Assembly (NCBI GenBank): GCA_018716885.1
Contig: DVJI01000012.1
Span: 78,050 to 142,049, forward strand
DNA from: Candidatus Enterousia intestinigallinarum
Lineage (GTDB): Bacteria > Pseudomonadota > Alphaproteobacteria > Rs-D84
DNA length: 64,000 bases
Direction of reading: 5' to 3'
A model generated the notes under the pieces. The model saw only the letters and a list, made by a program, of their open reading frames with translations. It was not told where the DNA came from and made no database searches. Shown here piece after piece: positions 1 through 10,390 of this stretch. The translations under genes were made by a program, and so were the position numbers. The stretch's first letter is position 1, and each line of letters opens with the position of its first letter.

Positions 1-2
1 CA

Positions 3-353
3 TCAAAAGAAAAGGTATTCAAACTTTTAACCCATATGCGCGGACGCAAGTACTTGATAATGGGAAATCACGATCGCAATCATTCGGAAAATTGGTGGCT
101 GTCGTGCGGATTTGACAAAGTGTTTTCTCATCCAATTTACGATGCAAAAAATTATATTTTATTATCGCACGAACCGTTGCCAGAATTTGGCAATGTACCG
201 CCGATTGTGAACTATCACGGTCATATTCACATCCAAGATTACGATTTTCCAGATCACGCCCAGTGCATAAACGTATGCTTGGAACGCACTGGATATAAAC
301 CGGTTCCATTGGTAAATCCATATATTTTGAAACCGCGTGAATTTTCACGTTAA
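3..353 (+). CDS. Calcineurin-like metallophosphoesterase, C-terminal part; the gene begins upstream of the window
   Basis: The open frame runs from the window edge. GNHD and GHIH metallophosphoesterase motifs are in the translation. Confidence 0.5.
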   Translation, partial: SKEKVFKLLTHMRGRKYLIMGNHDRNHSENWWLSCGFDKVFSHPIYDAKNYILLSHEPLPEFGNVPPIVNYHGHIHIQDYDFPDHAQCINVCLERTGYKPVPLVNPYILKPREFSR

Positions 354-360
354 ATGCAAT

Positions 361-390
361 AAAAAATCCCGCAATCGCGGGATTTTTTTA
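361..390. terminator. Bidirectional intrinsic terminator (aaaaaatcccgcaatcgcgggattttttt)
   Basis: GC hairpin flanked by an A-tract and a T-tract, lying between convergent genes. Confidence 0.6.
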
Positions 391-402
391 TACAGTAAAA
401 CA

Positions 403-804
403 TTATTTGTCCGCCTGTTTTTCTGCCTTTTCCGCAGATGCAGCCGACAAATCTTCGACGATACGCGCCTTTTTGCCGGACAATCCACGCAGGAAGAACA
501 GTTTTGCACGACGAACCTTACCAGTGCGAACCTTTTCGATTTTTTCAATCGCCGGGCTGTACAGCGGGAATTTACGTTCCACACCGACACCGTATGATTC
601 GCGACGAACGGTAAAAGATGCATTATTGCCGTCACCACCGTCACGGGCGATAACAACGCCTTCGAAAACCTGGATGCGGAACTTGTCGCCATCCTTGATT
701 TTGACGTGTACTTTGACGGTATCACCGGACTTAAATGCCGGGATTTTTTTGTCGCCCTTTAACTTTTCAATCTGGGCCTGTTCGATTTTTTTAATAATGC
801 TCAT
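403..804 (-). CDS. rplS: 50S ribosomal protein L19
   Basis: 133-aa translation typical of L19 ([17 protein letters not shown]...). It sits in the conserved rpsP-rimM-trmD-rplS order. Confidence 0.9.
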   Translation of the reverse strand: MSIIKKIEQAQIEKLKGDKKIPAFKSGDTVKVHVKIKDGDKFRIQVFEGVVIARDGGDGNNASFTVRRESYGVGVERKFPLYSPAIEKIEKVRTGKVRRAKLFFLRGLSGKKARIVEDLSAASAEKAEKQADK

Positions 805-807
805 TTT

Positions 808-1488
808 TCATTTTCCTTCTATTAAATCCGGACGACGTTGTTTTGTTATTTCGTCCGATTGTTGTTTCCGCCACCGTTCTATATTGCCGTGGTGACCGGA
901 CAGCAGGACTTCTGGGACATTACGTCCACGCCATACCGACGGGCGGGTATATAACGGCCATTCCAACCCCCCGATTTCAAAACTTTCATTGGCCGTGGCA
1001 TCCGCGCCACCGCCCAGCACATTATCCATCACGCGAACCACACTGTCAATAAAAACTTGCGCGGCAATTTCACCGCCCGACAGTATATAATCGCCAATGG
1101 ATAATTCCATTATATCATATTCATCAATGATTCGCTGATCAATGCCTTCGTACCGACCACACAGCAGGGTGAATACCCCATTTGGTTGTCCGGCAAATTC
1201 ACGAACCATTTTTTGTGTCAATCGTGGCCCGCGTGGTGAAAAATAAATTATTTTACCGCGATTTTTAACCGAATCCAGCGCGTCACCCAACACGTCTGCA
1301 CGCATAACCTGGCCAACACCACCGCCAAATTGTTCGTCATCAACACTGCCGTAGTTGTCGTGGGCAAAATCACGAATGTTTATTGCATCATACGACCAAA
1401 TATCATTATTCAAAGCACGCCCGACAACCCCGCCACCCAACGTGCCAGGAAACATTTCCGGAAAAATGGTCAGTATGTTGAAATGCAT
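808..1488 (-). CDS. trmD: tRNA (guanine37-N1)-methyltransferase
   Basis: The translation begins MHFNILTIFPEMF, typical of TrmD. Operon context is as expected. Confidence 0.9.
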   Translation of the reverse strand: MHFNILTIFPEMFPGTLGGGVVGRALNNDIWSYDAINIRDFAHDNYGSVDDEQFGGGVGQVMRADVLGDALDSVKNRGKIIYFSPRGPRLTQKMVREFAGQPNGVFTLLCGRYEGIDQRIIDEYDIMELSIGDYILSGGEIAAQVFIDSVVRVMDNVLGGGADATANESFEIGGLEWPLYTRPSVWRGRNVPEVLLSGHHGNIERWRKQQSDEITKQRRPDLIEGK

Positions 1489-1489
1489 T

Positions 1490-1957
1490 TTATAACACAG
1501 TTATTGTTTTGCTTTTTACATCAACCGTTGCGCCGACAAACGACACCATTTCGCCACTATCCAGTTCCAATATGTCGCCACCGCCATAGTTTTGAATATC
1601 ATCAACGACACCTATGACCAGTCCGTCACGTACAACACGCATACCGATTAAATCGGTCTGATAGTATTCACCATCGGCCAATTCCGGCAAATCGTCGCGA
1701 TTTATAAACAATTCAACCCCGCGCAACAGTTCCGCGGCATTGCGGTCATTGACGCCATCTATTCTGGCAATAATCACCGACGATGTTGGGTTTAACGGAC
1801 GTACAAAATGGAACGTACCGGCCGTCAATTTAGGACTATATACCGGCAGCGTTTTCATATCCGTTGGTGTCGCGGTATATGTTTGTACACGCACTTCGCC
1901 ACGAATTCCCTGTGGCGCAACAATTTTTCCGACCAAGATTTTTTTGTTGTCCGTCAT
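1490..1957 (-). CDS. rimM: 16S rRNA processing protein RimM
   Basis: Position between rpsP and trmD. 155-aa RimM-like sequence. Confidence 0.8.
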   Translation of the reverse strand: MTDNKKILVGKIVAPQGIRGEVRVQTYTATPTDMKTLPVYSPKLTAGTFHFVRPLNPTSSVIIARIDGVNDRNAAELLRGVELFINRDDLPELADGEYYQTDLIGMRVVRDGLVIGVVDDIQNYGGGDILELDSGEMVSFVGATVDVKSKTITVL

Positions 1958-2008
1958 ATTAAAATAATAACTGTATAATGCCCGGGTGTATCCCGGGCAT
2001 TCGCAAAA

Positions 2009-2461
2009 TTATTCAGCCACTGTTTCCGCAGGTGCGTCCGCTGGGGCGGATTCTTCAGCTGGCGCTTCAGCCGCGGCTTTGGCAGCTGCTTCAGCGGCGG
2101 CCTGTTCTTCGGCTATTTTTGCCAATTTATCCTGCTTGTCTTTAATTTTCTGCAGTGTTTTTTCAGATTGCTGATTCTTTTTTGTCTGGTTCGGAATAGT
2201 ACGTGCTGCAACCAAACCGGCATTTGCCAAGAAACGATATACACGGTCGGATGGTTTGGCACCCTTGGCCAACCAGGCCTTGATTTCATCGACTTTCAAA
2301 ATAACACGCTTTTCGTTGTCGCGTGCCAACATCGGGTCGTATTTACCGACGACTTCCAAAATATTGCCGGAATTACGCGCATTACGGGAATCCGTAACAA
2401 CAACGTGATAGTATGGGCGCTTTTTAGCACCGAAACGGGCCAATCTGATAACAGTTGCCAT
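2009..2461 (-). CDS. rpsP: 30S ribosomal protein S16 with an Ala/Glu-rich C-terminal extension
   Basis: N-terminus MATVIRLARFGAKKRPYYHVVVTDSRNARNSG is canonical S16. Confidence 0.9.
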   Translation of the reverse strand: MATVIRLARFGAKKRPYYHVVVTDSRNARNSGNILEVVGKYDPMLARDNEKRVILKVDEIKAWLAKGAKPSDRVYRFLANAGLVAARTIPNQTKKNQQSEKTLQKIKDKQDKLAKIAEEQAAAEAAAKAAAEAPAEESAPADAPAETVAE

Positions 2462-2721
2462 AATTTTGCTCCTTCATATTTATAAACTGTTTTATCCACA
2501 AAGAAAACCAACATCAAGGACGAACACTCGTCGGTTGATGGCCCACACGCATACCGCGTACTGGATTTACTATAATGGCAATCTTTGGGATTTGCGGAGT
2601 TATTATGTACAAAAAAATAAAAAAAGTCAAATTATTTGTTGTTTTTTATGATGATTTATAAATCACAATGTTATATACTAAATTTGCAAACGCACAAAAT
2701 GTATAATTTAAGGAGAAACAT

Positions 2722-3132
2722 ATGAAAAAACTGTCACTGTTGGCACTGGTTGCCGTATCACTGGCGGCGTGCGGCGATAACAAACCGACACCGGCCGATT
2801 TTGCAACAATCGAAACAGAAATTCAGAACGTTGCCGCCCAGGGCGAAAACATTTCTATTGTTGCGTTGGGTCAAGCGGGGGATTATATCTTGCCGCTGCC
2901 GGCAACAGATGCATTGACTGCAATCGCGGCCAAGGATAAAACCGTAACATTTTTGTCGGTTGAAAACCCGGCACAATATGTCACAGAAGGCACCTGTCTG
3001 TTGAACATAATTCCGCAGAACACAATGGCTGCAATGAACACACCGGAAAATAAGTGCAATTTCCGCCTGTTCTGTGGCACGGCTGAAGATATGGGCGCCG
3101 AAGTTTACGCGGTAGAGGTTTGCTCTGAATAA
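2722..3132 (+). CDS. Small lipoprotein, hypothetical
   Basis: Signal peptide with a lipobox (LAAC) and a ribosome-binding site (aggaga) upstream. Confidence 0.55.
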   Translation: MKKLSLLALVAVSLAACGDNKPTPADFATIETEIQNVAAQGENISIVALGQAGDYILPLPATDALTAIAAKDKTVTFLSVENPAQYVTEGTCLLNIIPQNTMAAMNTPENKCNFRLFCGTAEDMGAEVYAVEVCSE

Positions 3133-3156
3133 CATCAAATCCGCATTTTACACAAT

Positions 3157-3186
3157 AAAAAATCCCCAAGTTTGGGGATTTTTTAT
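3157..3186. terminator. Bidirectional intrinsic terminator (aaaaatccccaagtttggggatttttt)
   Basis: Hairpin with flanking A- and T-runs between convergent genes. Confidence 0.6.
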
Positions 3187-3207
3187 TGTATTGTCAAACA
3201 ACGGTAT

Positions 3208-4461
3208 TTAATACCAACCGCGCAGTTTCATTGCTGTTGCCACACGCTTGATAGAGTGCATATATGCCGCTTCGCGCATTGATACGTTGTATTCTTCTTT
3301 GATTTTATAAATCGCATCAAAGGCGCTTTTCATTGCGACAATTTCTTTTTGTTCGACTTCGGCTTCTTCCCAATAATAGCCATAACGGTTTTGAACCCAC
3401 TCAAAATAAGAAACCGTAACGCCGCCGGCATTGGCCAGAATATCTGGAACAACGGTCACGCCATTGTTCAACAAAATTTCTTCACCTTCCAATGTGGTGG
3501 GGCCGTTTGCACCTTCGACAACCAATTTAGTTTTAATCAACGGTGCGGTATCTTTGTTTATCGTGTTTTCCATTGCACACGGCGACAAAACATCAACGTC
3601 CAATCCCCAGAACTGTTCAATGCTGATTTCTGTGGCGCCCGGGAAACCTTTGATACTGCCTTTGTTTTCAGATTTGAACTGCATCAACGCATCAATGTCC
3701 AAACCATTTTCGTTGAACAGCGTTGTGTTCCATTCGGCAATCGCAACAATGCGTGCACCCATATCGTGCGCACATTTGGCAGTAAAGCTGCCAACATTGC
3801 CAAACCCCTGGATTGCTATGCGTGCACCGCGCATTTCCTTGTTTTGTTTTTTCAGTGCTTCGGACATAATAATTGCAATGCCCAGACCGGTTGCGGAATT
3901 GCGTCCCTTTGACCCAGCCAGTTCGACTGGTTTACCGGTAAATGTACCAAAAGACGATTCGCCGGACAACTTGATATATTCATCTGTCATCCACGCCATA
4001 ATCTGGCCATTTGTGTTGACGTCTGGGGCAGGCACATCGCGCTTTTCACCCAAAATCGGATAAATCGCATCAACGTATCCACGGCACAGACGTTCTAATT
4101 CACCGGCCGATAATTCTTTGGGGTCAACAATAATGCCACCTTTGCCACCACCATACGGAATGCCGGTCACGGAACATTTGAACGTCATCCATATTGATAA
4201 CGCCGCGACTTCGTCCCGTGTAACAGCGGGATGAAAGCGAACGCCCCCCTTAGACGGCCCAACGGCAGTGTTATGCTGCGCACGGAAACCAGTAAAAACG
4301 CGAATAGAACCGTCGTCCATTTTTACCGGTATGGAAACTTCGACCATACGCTGCGGATATTTCAAAATTTCATAAACATCCGCTGGCATACCCAGTTTGT
4401 CACAAGCAACCTTGACACGTTGCTGAGCCGCGGCCAGCGGATTCATATTTTCATTTGCCAT
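3208..4461 (-). CDS. Glu/Leu/Phe/Val dehydrogenase family protein (likely glutamate dehydrogenase)
   Basis: GGGKGG nucleotide-binding motif and family-typical blocks. Start placed at MANENMNP rather than the longer ORF start. Confidence 0.85.
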   Translation of the reverse strand: MANENMNPLAAAQQRVKVACDKLGMPADVYEILKYPQRMVEVSIPVKMDDGSIRVFTGFRAQHNTAVGPSKGGVRFHPAVTRDEVAALSIWMTFKCSVTGIPYGGGKGGIIVDPKELSAGELERLCRGYVDAIYPILGEKRDVPAPDVNTNGQIMAWMTDEYIKLSGESSFGTFTGKPVELAGSKGRNSATGLGIAIIMSEALKKQNKEMRGARIAIQGFGNVGSFTAKCAHDMGARIVAIAEWNTTLFNENGLDIDALMQFKSENKGSIKGFPGATEISIEQFWGLDVDVLSPCAMENTINKDTAPLIKTKLVVEGANGPTTLEGEEILLNNGVTVVPDILANAGGVTVSYFEWVQNRYGYYWEEAEVEQKEIVAMKSAFDAIYKIKEEYNVSMREAAYMHSIKRVATAMKLRGWY

Positions 4462-4601
4462 AACTAAAACTCCCTTTATTGTTTGTTTAACAGGCAAGGG
4501 TAAATGTAGGACTGAAAATAATAAAAAGCAACAGGAAAAGGCCAACTGTGTTTTATGCTGGACTTTTTATCGTAACGGGTATAGAATCCAGCCATAAAAA
4601 C

Positions 4602-4675
4602 GCGGGCGTGGTATAATGGTAGCACGTCAGCTTCCCAAGCTGAAGACGAGGGTTCGATTCCCTTCGCCCGCACCA
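4602..4675 (+). tRNA. tRNA-Gly (anticodon CCC)
   Basis: Cloverleaf gcgggcg...cgcccgcacca with anticodon loop ttcccaa and an encoded CCA end. Confidence 0.85.
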
Positions 4676-4704
4676 AAAAATTAAACCGACCTTGTGTCGG
4701 TTTG

Positions 4705-4959
4705 TTATTTTGATTTTTGCGATAATTCGTATTCCAACTTTTCTAACTTTGATTGAATCGATCGCATTAGTTTTTTATTTGTATTACTGCGTGCCATTGT
4801 TTTACGCAACAGTTCTGCCTGGCGCGCAATCGCAAACGCGCCACACACTTTGGCGCGCGATTCCACCGACGACACCAATCCCAACAACTGCGTCCAATCC
4901 ATTTCCTGGGTGCTTTCGGGGCTGCGAAAATTCTTTGACGCGTTTCTTTTTTCGTTCAT
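4705..4959 (-). CDS. Small basic coiled-coil protein, hypothetical
   Basis: 84-aa ORF that fits neatly between the tRNA-Gly gene and the LysM-domain gene. No homology recognised. Confidence 0.3.
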   Translation of the reverse strand: MNEKRNASKNFRSPESTQEMDWTQLLGLVSSVESRAKVCGAFAIARQAELLRKTMARSNTNKKLMRSIQSKLEKLEYELSQKSK

Positions 4960-4962
4960 TTT

Positions 4963-6123
4963 TTATTTTGCACTGGCAGATGTAGGAATTTGTAATTGTT
5001 GTTGTGGAAATATTAAATCCGGATTTGCAATGTTGTTGCGTTCTGCGATTATACTGAACAAAACACCGCGACGCAGAAAATTGCGTGCAATAATCCACAA
5101 GCAATCGCCACGACGTACTGTATAGTATGTATCATCATCACCAGTCATTTGTGGCATTGTGAAATGATGTTTAACCTCTGCAATGGCGCGACCATCTCCG
5201 TCGTGCAGGCGCACCGTCAAATCATATTCACGGCCTGGTTCCAACTGGCCAACGTCTGCCCCCAATCCAAAATGCTTATGATCAGAAACACGCGCGAATC
5301 CCAAATACTTGTCATCCAAAGACAATGACACACGCAACCGTGGCAAAGAATCACCGGTTACAACAATGCGTCCAGTATCCAGATAATCAATCTTTGATAC
5401 AACCAAATCGCCATCAACCAACATTGTCGGTGCCTGCAGTAAAGTGCTGCCGTCATTGGTCATCAACAGCGATACGGAATTGGTATATCCACGTGGAGAA
5501 ATATAAACAAAAACATTTTCGTCAGATTTAACATCACCTTCGACGCCTATCAGTGAAATAGTATAGTTGCCTGCATCAAACGGTGTTGTCGGCGAATATA
5601 CAAATTCGCCATTTTTATCGGTACGCGCGGTCGCAACGATATCGCCGTTTATCACAATGGACACACTTTTGTTCGGCATCCAGCGTCCCGCAACGACAAC
5701 CGTTCCGGCGGGTTCTATTCTGACGATATCGAACATAGGCACCGTGTATTCAACAGTGGCATCGGCAACCTGTATTGTCGGTTCCGCAACAGGCGGCACA
5801 ACAACAACTGTCGGATTGGGACGATGAAAAAACGCAACCCAAACTGCAATCAGAACAACAATGACCGCACATAAAATCGGGAACCAGTATGACGCCAGTC
5901 CACTACGGCGCTGCAGCTGAACAATTTCGGATGTTGCGACGGATTGTGTATCATTTTTAGGATTCGGACGCGCAAATATATTTAATGTCTTCAAAAAGCG
6001 TCGCGCAAAGTTACGGCGATTTTCCATCCAGTCGTTTTGCTGTGCAATAGCGCTATCAATCAAATCATCTGTTGAACGCTTGGTTTTTCCCATATTTGTG
6101 TTGGCTTTGTTGTTTTTAGACAT
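4963..6123 (-). CDS. Membrane-anchored protein with a C-terminal LysM peptidoglycan-binding domain
   Basis: One transmembrane helix (YWFPILCAVIVVLIAVWVAFF) and a C-terminal LysM-like block (YYTVRRGDCLWIIARNF...PDLIFPQQQLQIP). Confidence 0.6.
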   Translation of the reverse strand: MSKNNKANTNMGKTKRSTDDLIDSAIAQQNDWMENRRNFARRFLKTLNIFARPNPKNDTQSVATSEIVQLQRRSGLASYWFPILCAVIVVLIAVWVAFFHRPNPTVVVVPPVAEPTIQVADATVEYTVPMFDIVRIEPAGTVVVAGRWMPNKSVSIVINGDIVATARTDKNGEFVYSPTTPFDAGNYTISLIGVEGDVKSDENVFVYISPRGYTNSVSLLMTNDGSTLLQAPTMLVDGDLVVSKIDYLDTGRIVVTGDSLPRLRVSLSLDDKYLGFARVSDHKHFGLGADVGQLEPGREYDLTVRLHDGDGRAIAEVKHHFTMPQMTGDDDTYYTVRRGDCLWIIARNFLRRGVLFSIIAERNNIANPDLIFPQQQLQIPTSASAK

Positions 6124-6234
6124 ACCGATATTCTCCTGAAACTATAAGTGTAATCCGTTGGACAAATTATTGCAAAAATAATTTCTTTGTCAACTTATTT
6201 GTGCTATAATTTAATGGATAAAAATGGGGATATT

Positions 6235-7314
6235 ATGAAAAAAATAGGCATTATGACAACCGGGGGCGATTGTTCCGGATTAAACACAGTTATTCAACGT
6301 CTGTACCGTGGTGCAACCCTGCGTGGCTGGCGTGTTGTCGGTATATTGGACGGCACGGACGGACTGTGCACAACACCGCCACGCGTTGTGGAATTTAACA
6401 ACGAAACATTACCCATAGAAAATGCGCGTCTGGCGGGCAGTTTCCTGCACAATGGGCGTGCCGACGCATTAAATTTTGAAACCGCGGCAAAAAACGGAAA
6501 ATTGGAACATTTTAACAAACAGTTACGTAAATCGTTGCTGGAATTAAAACTGGATGCATTGGTTCTGATTGGTGGCAATGGCAGTTTGTCGTTGGCGTGG
6601 TGTAATCGTGAAATTTATTCAGGGCTGCAGTTGGTATGTATTCCTAAAACCATAGATATGGACATACCGTTGACGGATAAGACAATCGGCTTTAATACTG
6701 CTGTTCAACAACTAACATCTTTTTGTGACCAGTTGATGTTGACGGCACGCAGTCATCACCGCTGGTTTGTAACCCAGACAATGGGGCGTGATTGTGGTCA
6801 ACTGGCATTAAATGCTGGTATTGCAATCGGCGCAACGGCGATTTTAATTCCAGAAATAAAGTTTGATATAAATTCATTGATATCGCATATAAAAAATGCA
6901 CCGACGGATTATGGCATTATCCTGGTATCCGAAGGAATATCATTACGCGGTCATTCGGGACGGCCGGCGGATATGATATCACGCAAACTGACGGCGGCGG
7001 GAATAGTGAACAGAACCGCATATCCGGAACATACCCAACGCGTTGGCGACACAACCGCAGCGGACAGAATATTGGCGACGCGTATGGCGGACTGTGCACT
7101 GCGTGCGATTGAAAACAATGAAACATATGTAATGACCGCAATCAATGATTGTAAATGTGAAACGGTCAGTTTGGCGGACTTCTTTGACACTGGATACGTC
7201 AGTGCCGATCCAAATATTCCGGACGTCCAGACATCCGATGCATACGTGTCGCCGGACGATCCACTGTTAAACATCGCCACCGATATGGGTATATATATTG
7301 GCGAAATTAAATAA
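6235..7314 (+). CDS. 6-phosphofructokinase (ATP- or PPi-dependent)
   Basis: MKKIGIMTTGGDCSGLNTVI and GGNGSL phosphofructokinase motifs. Start set at the internal Met, with an extended -10 element (tgtgctataat) upstream. Confidence 0.85.
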   Translation: MKKIGIMTTGGDCSGLNTVIQRLYRGATLRGWRVVGILDGTDGLCTTPPRVVEFNNETLPIENARLAGSFLHNGRADALNFETAAKNGKLEHFNKQLRKSLLELKLDALVLIGGNGSLSLAWCNREIYSGLQLVCIPKTIDMDIPLTDKTIGFNTAVQQLTSFCDQLMLTARSHHRWFVTQTMGRDCGQLALNAGIAIGATAILIPEIKFDINSLISHIKNAPTDYGIILVSEGISLRGHSGRPADMISRKLTAAGIVNRTAYPEHTQRVGDTTAADRILATRMADCALRAIENNETYVMTAINDCKCETVSLADFFDTGYVSADPNIPDVQTSDAYVSPDDPLLNIATDMGIYIGEIK

Positions 7315-7338
7315 AAACGGGGCAAACACCCCGTTTTT
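7313..7338. terminator. Bidirectional intrinsic terminator (aaaaacggggcaaacaccccgttttt)
   Basis: Hairpin with flanking A- and T-runs between pfk and secA, which converge. Confidence 0.65.
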
Positions 7339-7341
7339 ATT

Positions 7342-9951
7342 TTACTTTAATTTGCCGTGACAATGCTTGTATTTTAATCCAGAACCACAGGGGCAGGGTG
7401 CATTACGGCGCGCTTCACCAGCGTCATTTAAGCTGGCGTCGTGCTGGGCACGTTCCTTTTCCGTGGCAGCAACATCTTCACGTGTCAGTTCCATACGGCA
7501 AATATAGGACACGGACATAATCTTGAAATTATTTATTGTATTCTTAAACAATTCTAATGCCTCGCGCTTGTATTCATACAGCGGATTTTTCTGGGCATAC
7601 CCGCGCAATCCGATTGCCGTCTGCAGATAATCCATCTGTTGCAGGTGACGTTTCCACACGGAATCCAACGCCCCCAGCATCATTTGACGCGATGCCATCT
7701 GCATCAATTCCGGGCCGTATTTTTCGGCCTGGTGACCATAGCGACGCATTGCCAAATTATACAGTGTTTCATAGGCACGACGTTCGGAAATTGTTTCATC
7801 CGTTTTCCATTTTTCAATATCCGTGATATCCAACGCGAACACACGCAGCATTGCATCGTGAATTCCCTGGGTATTCCAGTCCGCCGGATGCGATTTTTCC
7901 GGGATATTGTTTTCACAAATCATTTCAACGACGTCGCCAATCATTTCACGCGCCAACGGTGACAAATCTTCTGTCACCATCAAATCATCACGTTGTTTAT
8001 ACACAACACCACGCTGTTCGTTCATAACGTCGTCGTATTTCAATAATTCTTTACGAGATTCAAAGTATCTGGCTTCGACACGTTTCTGAGCTTTTTCCAA
8101 TGCTTTGGTTATCCAGGGATGTGTTATTGCTTCGCCCGGCTTCAGCCCCAGTGTTGTCAGCATACCCTGCAGACGCGCCGCACCAAATATACGCATTAAA
8201 TCATCGTCCAACGCCAAAAAGAATTTTGAATCCCCTGGGTCACCCTGACGTCCGGCACGACCGCGTAACTGGTTATCAATGCGGCGCGATTCGTGACGTT
8301 CCGTACCAATAACATACAGGCCGCCCGCATCCAGAACCTGACGTTTGTTTGCCTCAATACGGTCATAAATTTCCTGTTTTTTAGTATCAAATTCCGGATC
8401 GTCTGGTGACAATTCAGCAATCAATTCTTCGGCATTACCACCCAGTTTAATATCTGTTCCGCGCCCCGCCATATTGGTTGCGATTGTAACCGCACCGGGT
8501 GCGCCCGCCTGGGCAACAATTTTTGCTTCGGATTCGTGATGCTTGGCGTTCAAAACAGCCGGATTTATCCCCAGCCGCTTGCGCACAATGGCGGCCAGTT
8601 CTTCGGATTTTTCAATCGATACGGTTCCGACCAGAACGGGCTGTTTGCGCGACATACAATCTTCAATTTGCTTGATGATAGCATCATATTTTTCATCTTT
8701 ATTACGATAAATTTCATCGTGATGATCAATACGCGCCACGGGTCGATTTGTCGGAATAGATACAACACGCAGTTTATAAATTTCTTCGAATTCTGCGGCT
8801 TCTGTCATTGCGGTACCGGTCATACCAGATAATGTCGGATACAAACGGAACAGGTTCTGGTATGAAATACTGGACACGGTTTGATTTTCCGGCTGAACCT
8901 TGACGTGTTCTTTGGCCTCAATCGCCTGGTGCAGACCTTTGCCAAATCGGCGGCCGGTCATAACGCGGCCGGTAAATTCATCAACAATCAGAATTTCACC
9001 GTCACGCACGACATAGTTCACATTTTTCTGATACAAGTGGTGTGCCAGCAGCGATTGCTGAATATGCATAACCAGCGCCGCATTTTCAGACGCATACAAA
9101 TTATCGCCCACCAACAGACCTGCATCTTTTAACAAACGTGTTGCGGTGTCAACACCGGCCTCGGTCAACGTAACGTGACGGTCTTTTTCGTCCTTTTTAT
9201 AATCATTGGGCCCCAGTTGTGCAACAACCGCATCAACCTTTTCATACAATTCGCTGGTGTCTTCGGCTGGACCGGAAATAATCAACGGAGTACGCGCTTC
9301 GTCAATCAAAATACTGTCAACTTCGTCAACAATGGCATAGAACAACGGGCGCAAGACCTGTTGCGCCTTGGAAAACTTCATATTATCACGCAGATAGTCA
9401 AATCCCAATTCAGAATTTGTAACATATGTTATGTCGCACGCATATGCATTACGACGTTCATCATCGGTCATATCGTGCTGAATAATACCAACTGTCATCC
9501 CCAAGAATCTGTAAACCTGACCCATCCATTCCGCGTCACGCGATGCCAAATAATCGTTCACGGTAATCAGGTGTGCGCCTTTGCCGTGCAGCGCCTTCAA
9601 ATACAGTGCCAAAGTTGCGACCAGCGTTTTACCTTCACCAGTTTTCATTTCAGCAATTTGACCGTTATTCAAAACCATACCACCAATCAACTGTACGTTA
9701 AAGTGGCGCAGGCCGATTGAACGCTTGGCCGCTTCACGTACGGCGGCAAAAGCATCGGGCAAAATATTTTTTTCTTTTTCGCCGTCCGCCAACCGCTTGC
9801 GCAAAACGTCAGTTTGCGCACGCAGTTCTTCATCAGACATTGCGTGATATTTGGGTTCCAAATCATTGATAAGGGAAACAACCTTGTCATACGATTTTAC
9901 AATTCTGTCGTTGGCCGATCCCAACAATTTTCCAATAACATTTTTTAACAT
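7342..9951 (-). CDS. secA: Preprotein translocase ATPase SecA
   Basis: N-terminus MLKNVIGKLLGSANDR, DEAD-like motor blocks, and the C-terminal zinc motif CPCGSGLKYKHCHG. Confidence 0.95.
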   Translation of the reverse strand: MLKNVIGKLLGSANDRIVKSYDKVVSLINDLEPKYHAMSDEELRAQTDVLRKRLADGEKEKNILPDAFAAVREAAKRSIGLRHFNVQLIGGMVLNNGQIAEMKTGEGKTLVATLALYLKALHGKGAHLITVNDYLASRDAEWMGQVYRFLGMTVGIIQHDMTDDERRNAYACDITYVTNSELGFDYLRDNMKFSKAQQVLRPLFYAIVDEVDSILIDEARTPLIISGPAEDTSELYEKVDAVVAQLGPNDYKKDEKDRHVTLTEAGVDTATRLLKDAGLLVGDNLYASENAALVMHIQQSLLAHHLYQKNVNYVVRDGEILIVDEFTGRVMTGRRFGKGLHQAIEAKEHVKVQPENQTVSSISYQNLFRLYPTLSGMTGTAMTEAAEFEEIYKLRVVSIPTNRPVARIDHHDEIYRNKDEKYDAIIKQIEDCMSRKQPVLVGTVSIEKSEELAAIVRKRLGINPAVLNAKHHESEAKIVAQAGAPGAVTIATNMAGRGTDIKLGGNAEELIAELSPDDPEFDTKKQEIYDRIEANKRQVLDAGGLYVIGTERHESRRIDNQLRGRAGRQGDPGDSKFFLALDDDLMRIFGAARLQGMLTTLGLKPGEAITHPWITKALEKAQKRVEARYFESRKELLKYDDVMNEQRGVVYKQRDDLMVTEDLSPLAREMIGDVVEMICENNIPEKSHPADWNTQGIHDAMLRVFALDITDIEKWKTDETISERRAYETLYNLAMRRYGHQAEKYGPELMQMASRQMMLGALDSVWKRHLQQMDYLQTAIGLRGYAQKNPLYEYKREALELFKNTINNFKIMSVSYICRMELTREDVAATEKERAQHDASLNDAGEARRNAPCPCGSGLKYKHCHGKLK

Positions 9952-10084
9952 ACCAAAATCCTTGTCTTTTCCTTGAAAGGTATAGCAATTTTGCGCCTTG
10001 CGGTCAAGGTACTTTATGATATAATGCAATTAAAGAAACAAACAAGTACGAAATTAAAAATTTATCAAAAAACGGGGGGATTTT

Positions 10085-10303
10085 ATGCGCGAACAGACCG
10101 TACGCCGGCTGAATCCGGCAAATATAACCAGTGAAGTTTATATTGTTGCACCAACACAGATAGAATATATATCGCAAATTTTTGCGGACAATGTCGCCGA
10201 CACACTGAATTTGCGTACATTTGCACAAAAAATCCGTCAAATTGCCGAACAGTCGTTACGAACCGCATTGTCCGCCGCCCGTCATCAGGGCGAAAAACGG
10301 TGA
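10085..10303 (+). CDS. Small hypothetical protein (72 aa)
   Basis: ORF with a ribosome-binding site (ggggga) 5 nt before the ATG, between secA and the giant gene. No homology recognised. Confidence 0.3.
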   Translation: MREQTVRRLNPANITSEVYIVAPTQIEYISQIFADNVADTLNLRTFAQKIRQIAEQSLRTALSAARHQGEKR

Positions 10304-10362
10304 TAGTAACTAGTATTTACTATAACACCCAGAATTATTGAATCACGAGTATCGATTTACTA

Positions 10363-10390
10363 AAAAAACGGGGCATTTGCCCCGTTTTTG
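10363..10390. terminator. Bidirectional intrinsic terminator (aaaaacggggcatttgccccgttttt)
   Basis: Same acggggca..tgccccgt hairpin core as the terminators at 7313 and 14755. Confidence 0.65.

Noticed and set aside
4476-4676. 66-aa ORF on the minus strand
   Set aside because: It overlaps tRNA-Gly on the opposite strand. It is an artefact of the open frame.
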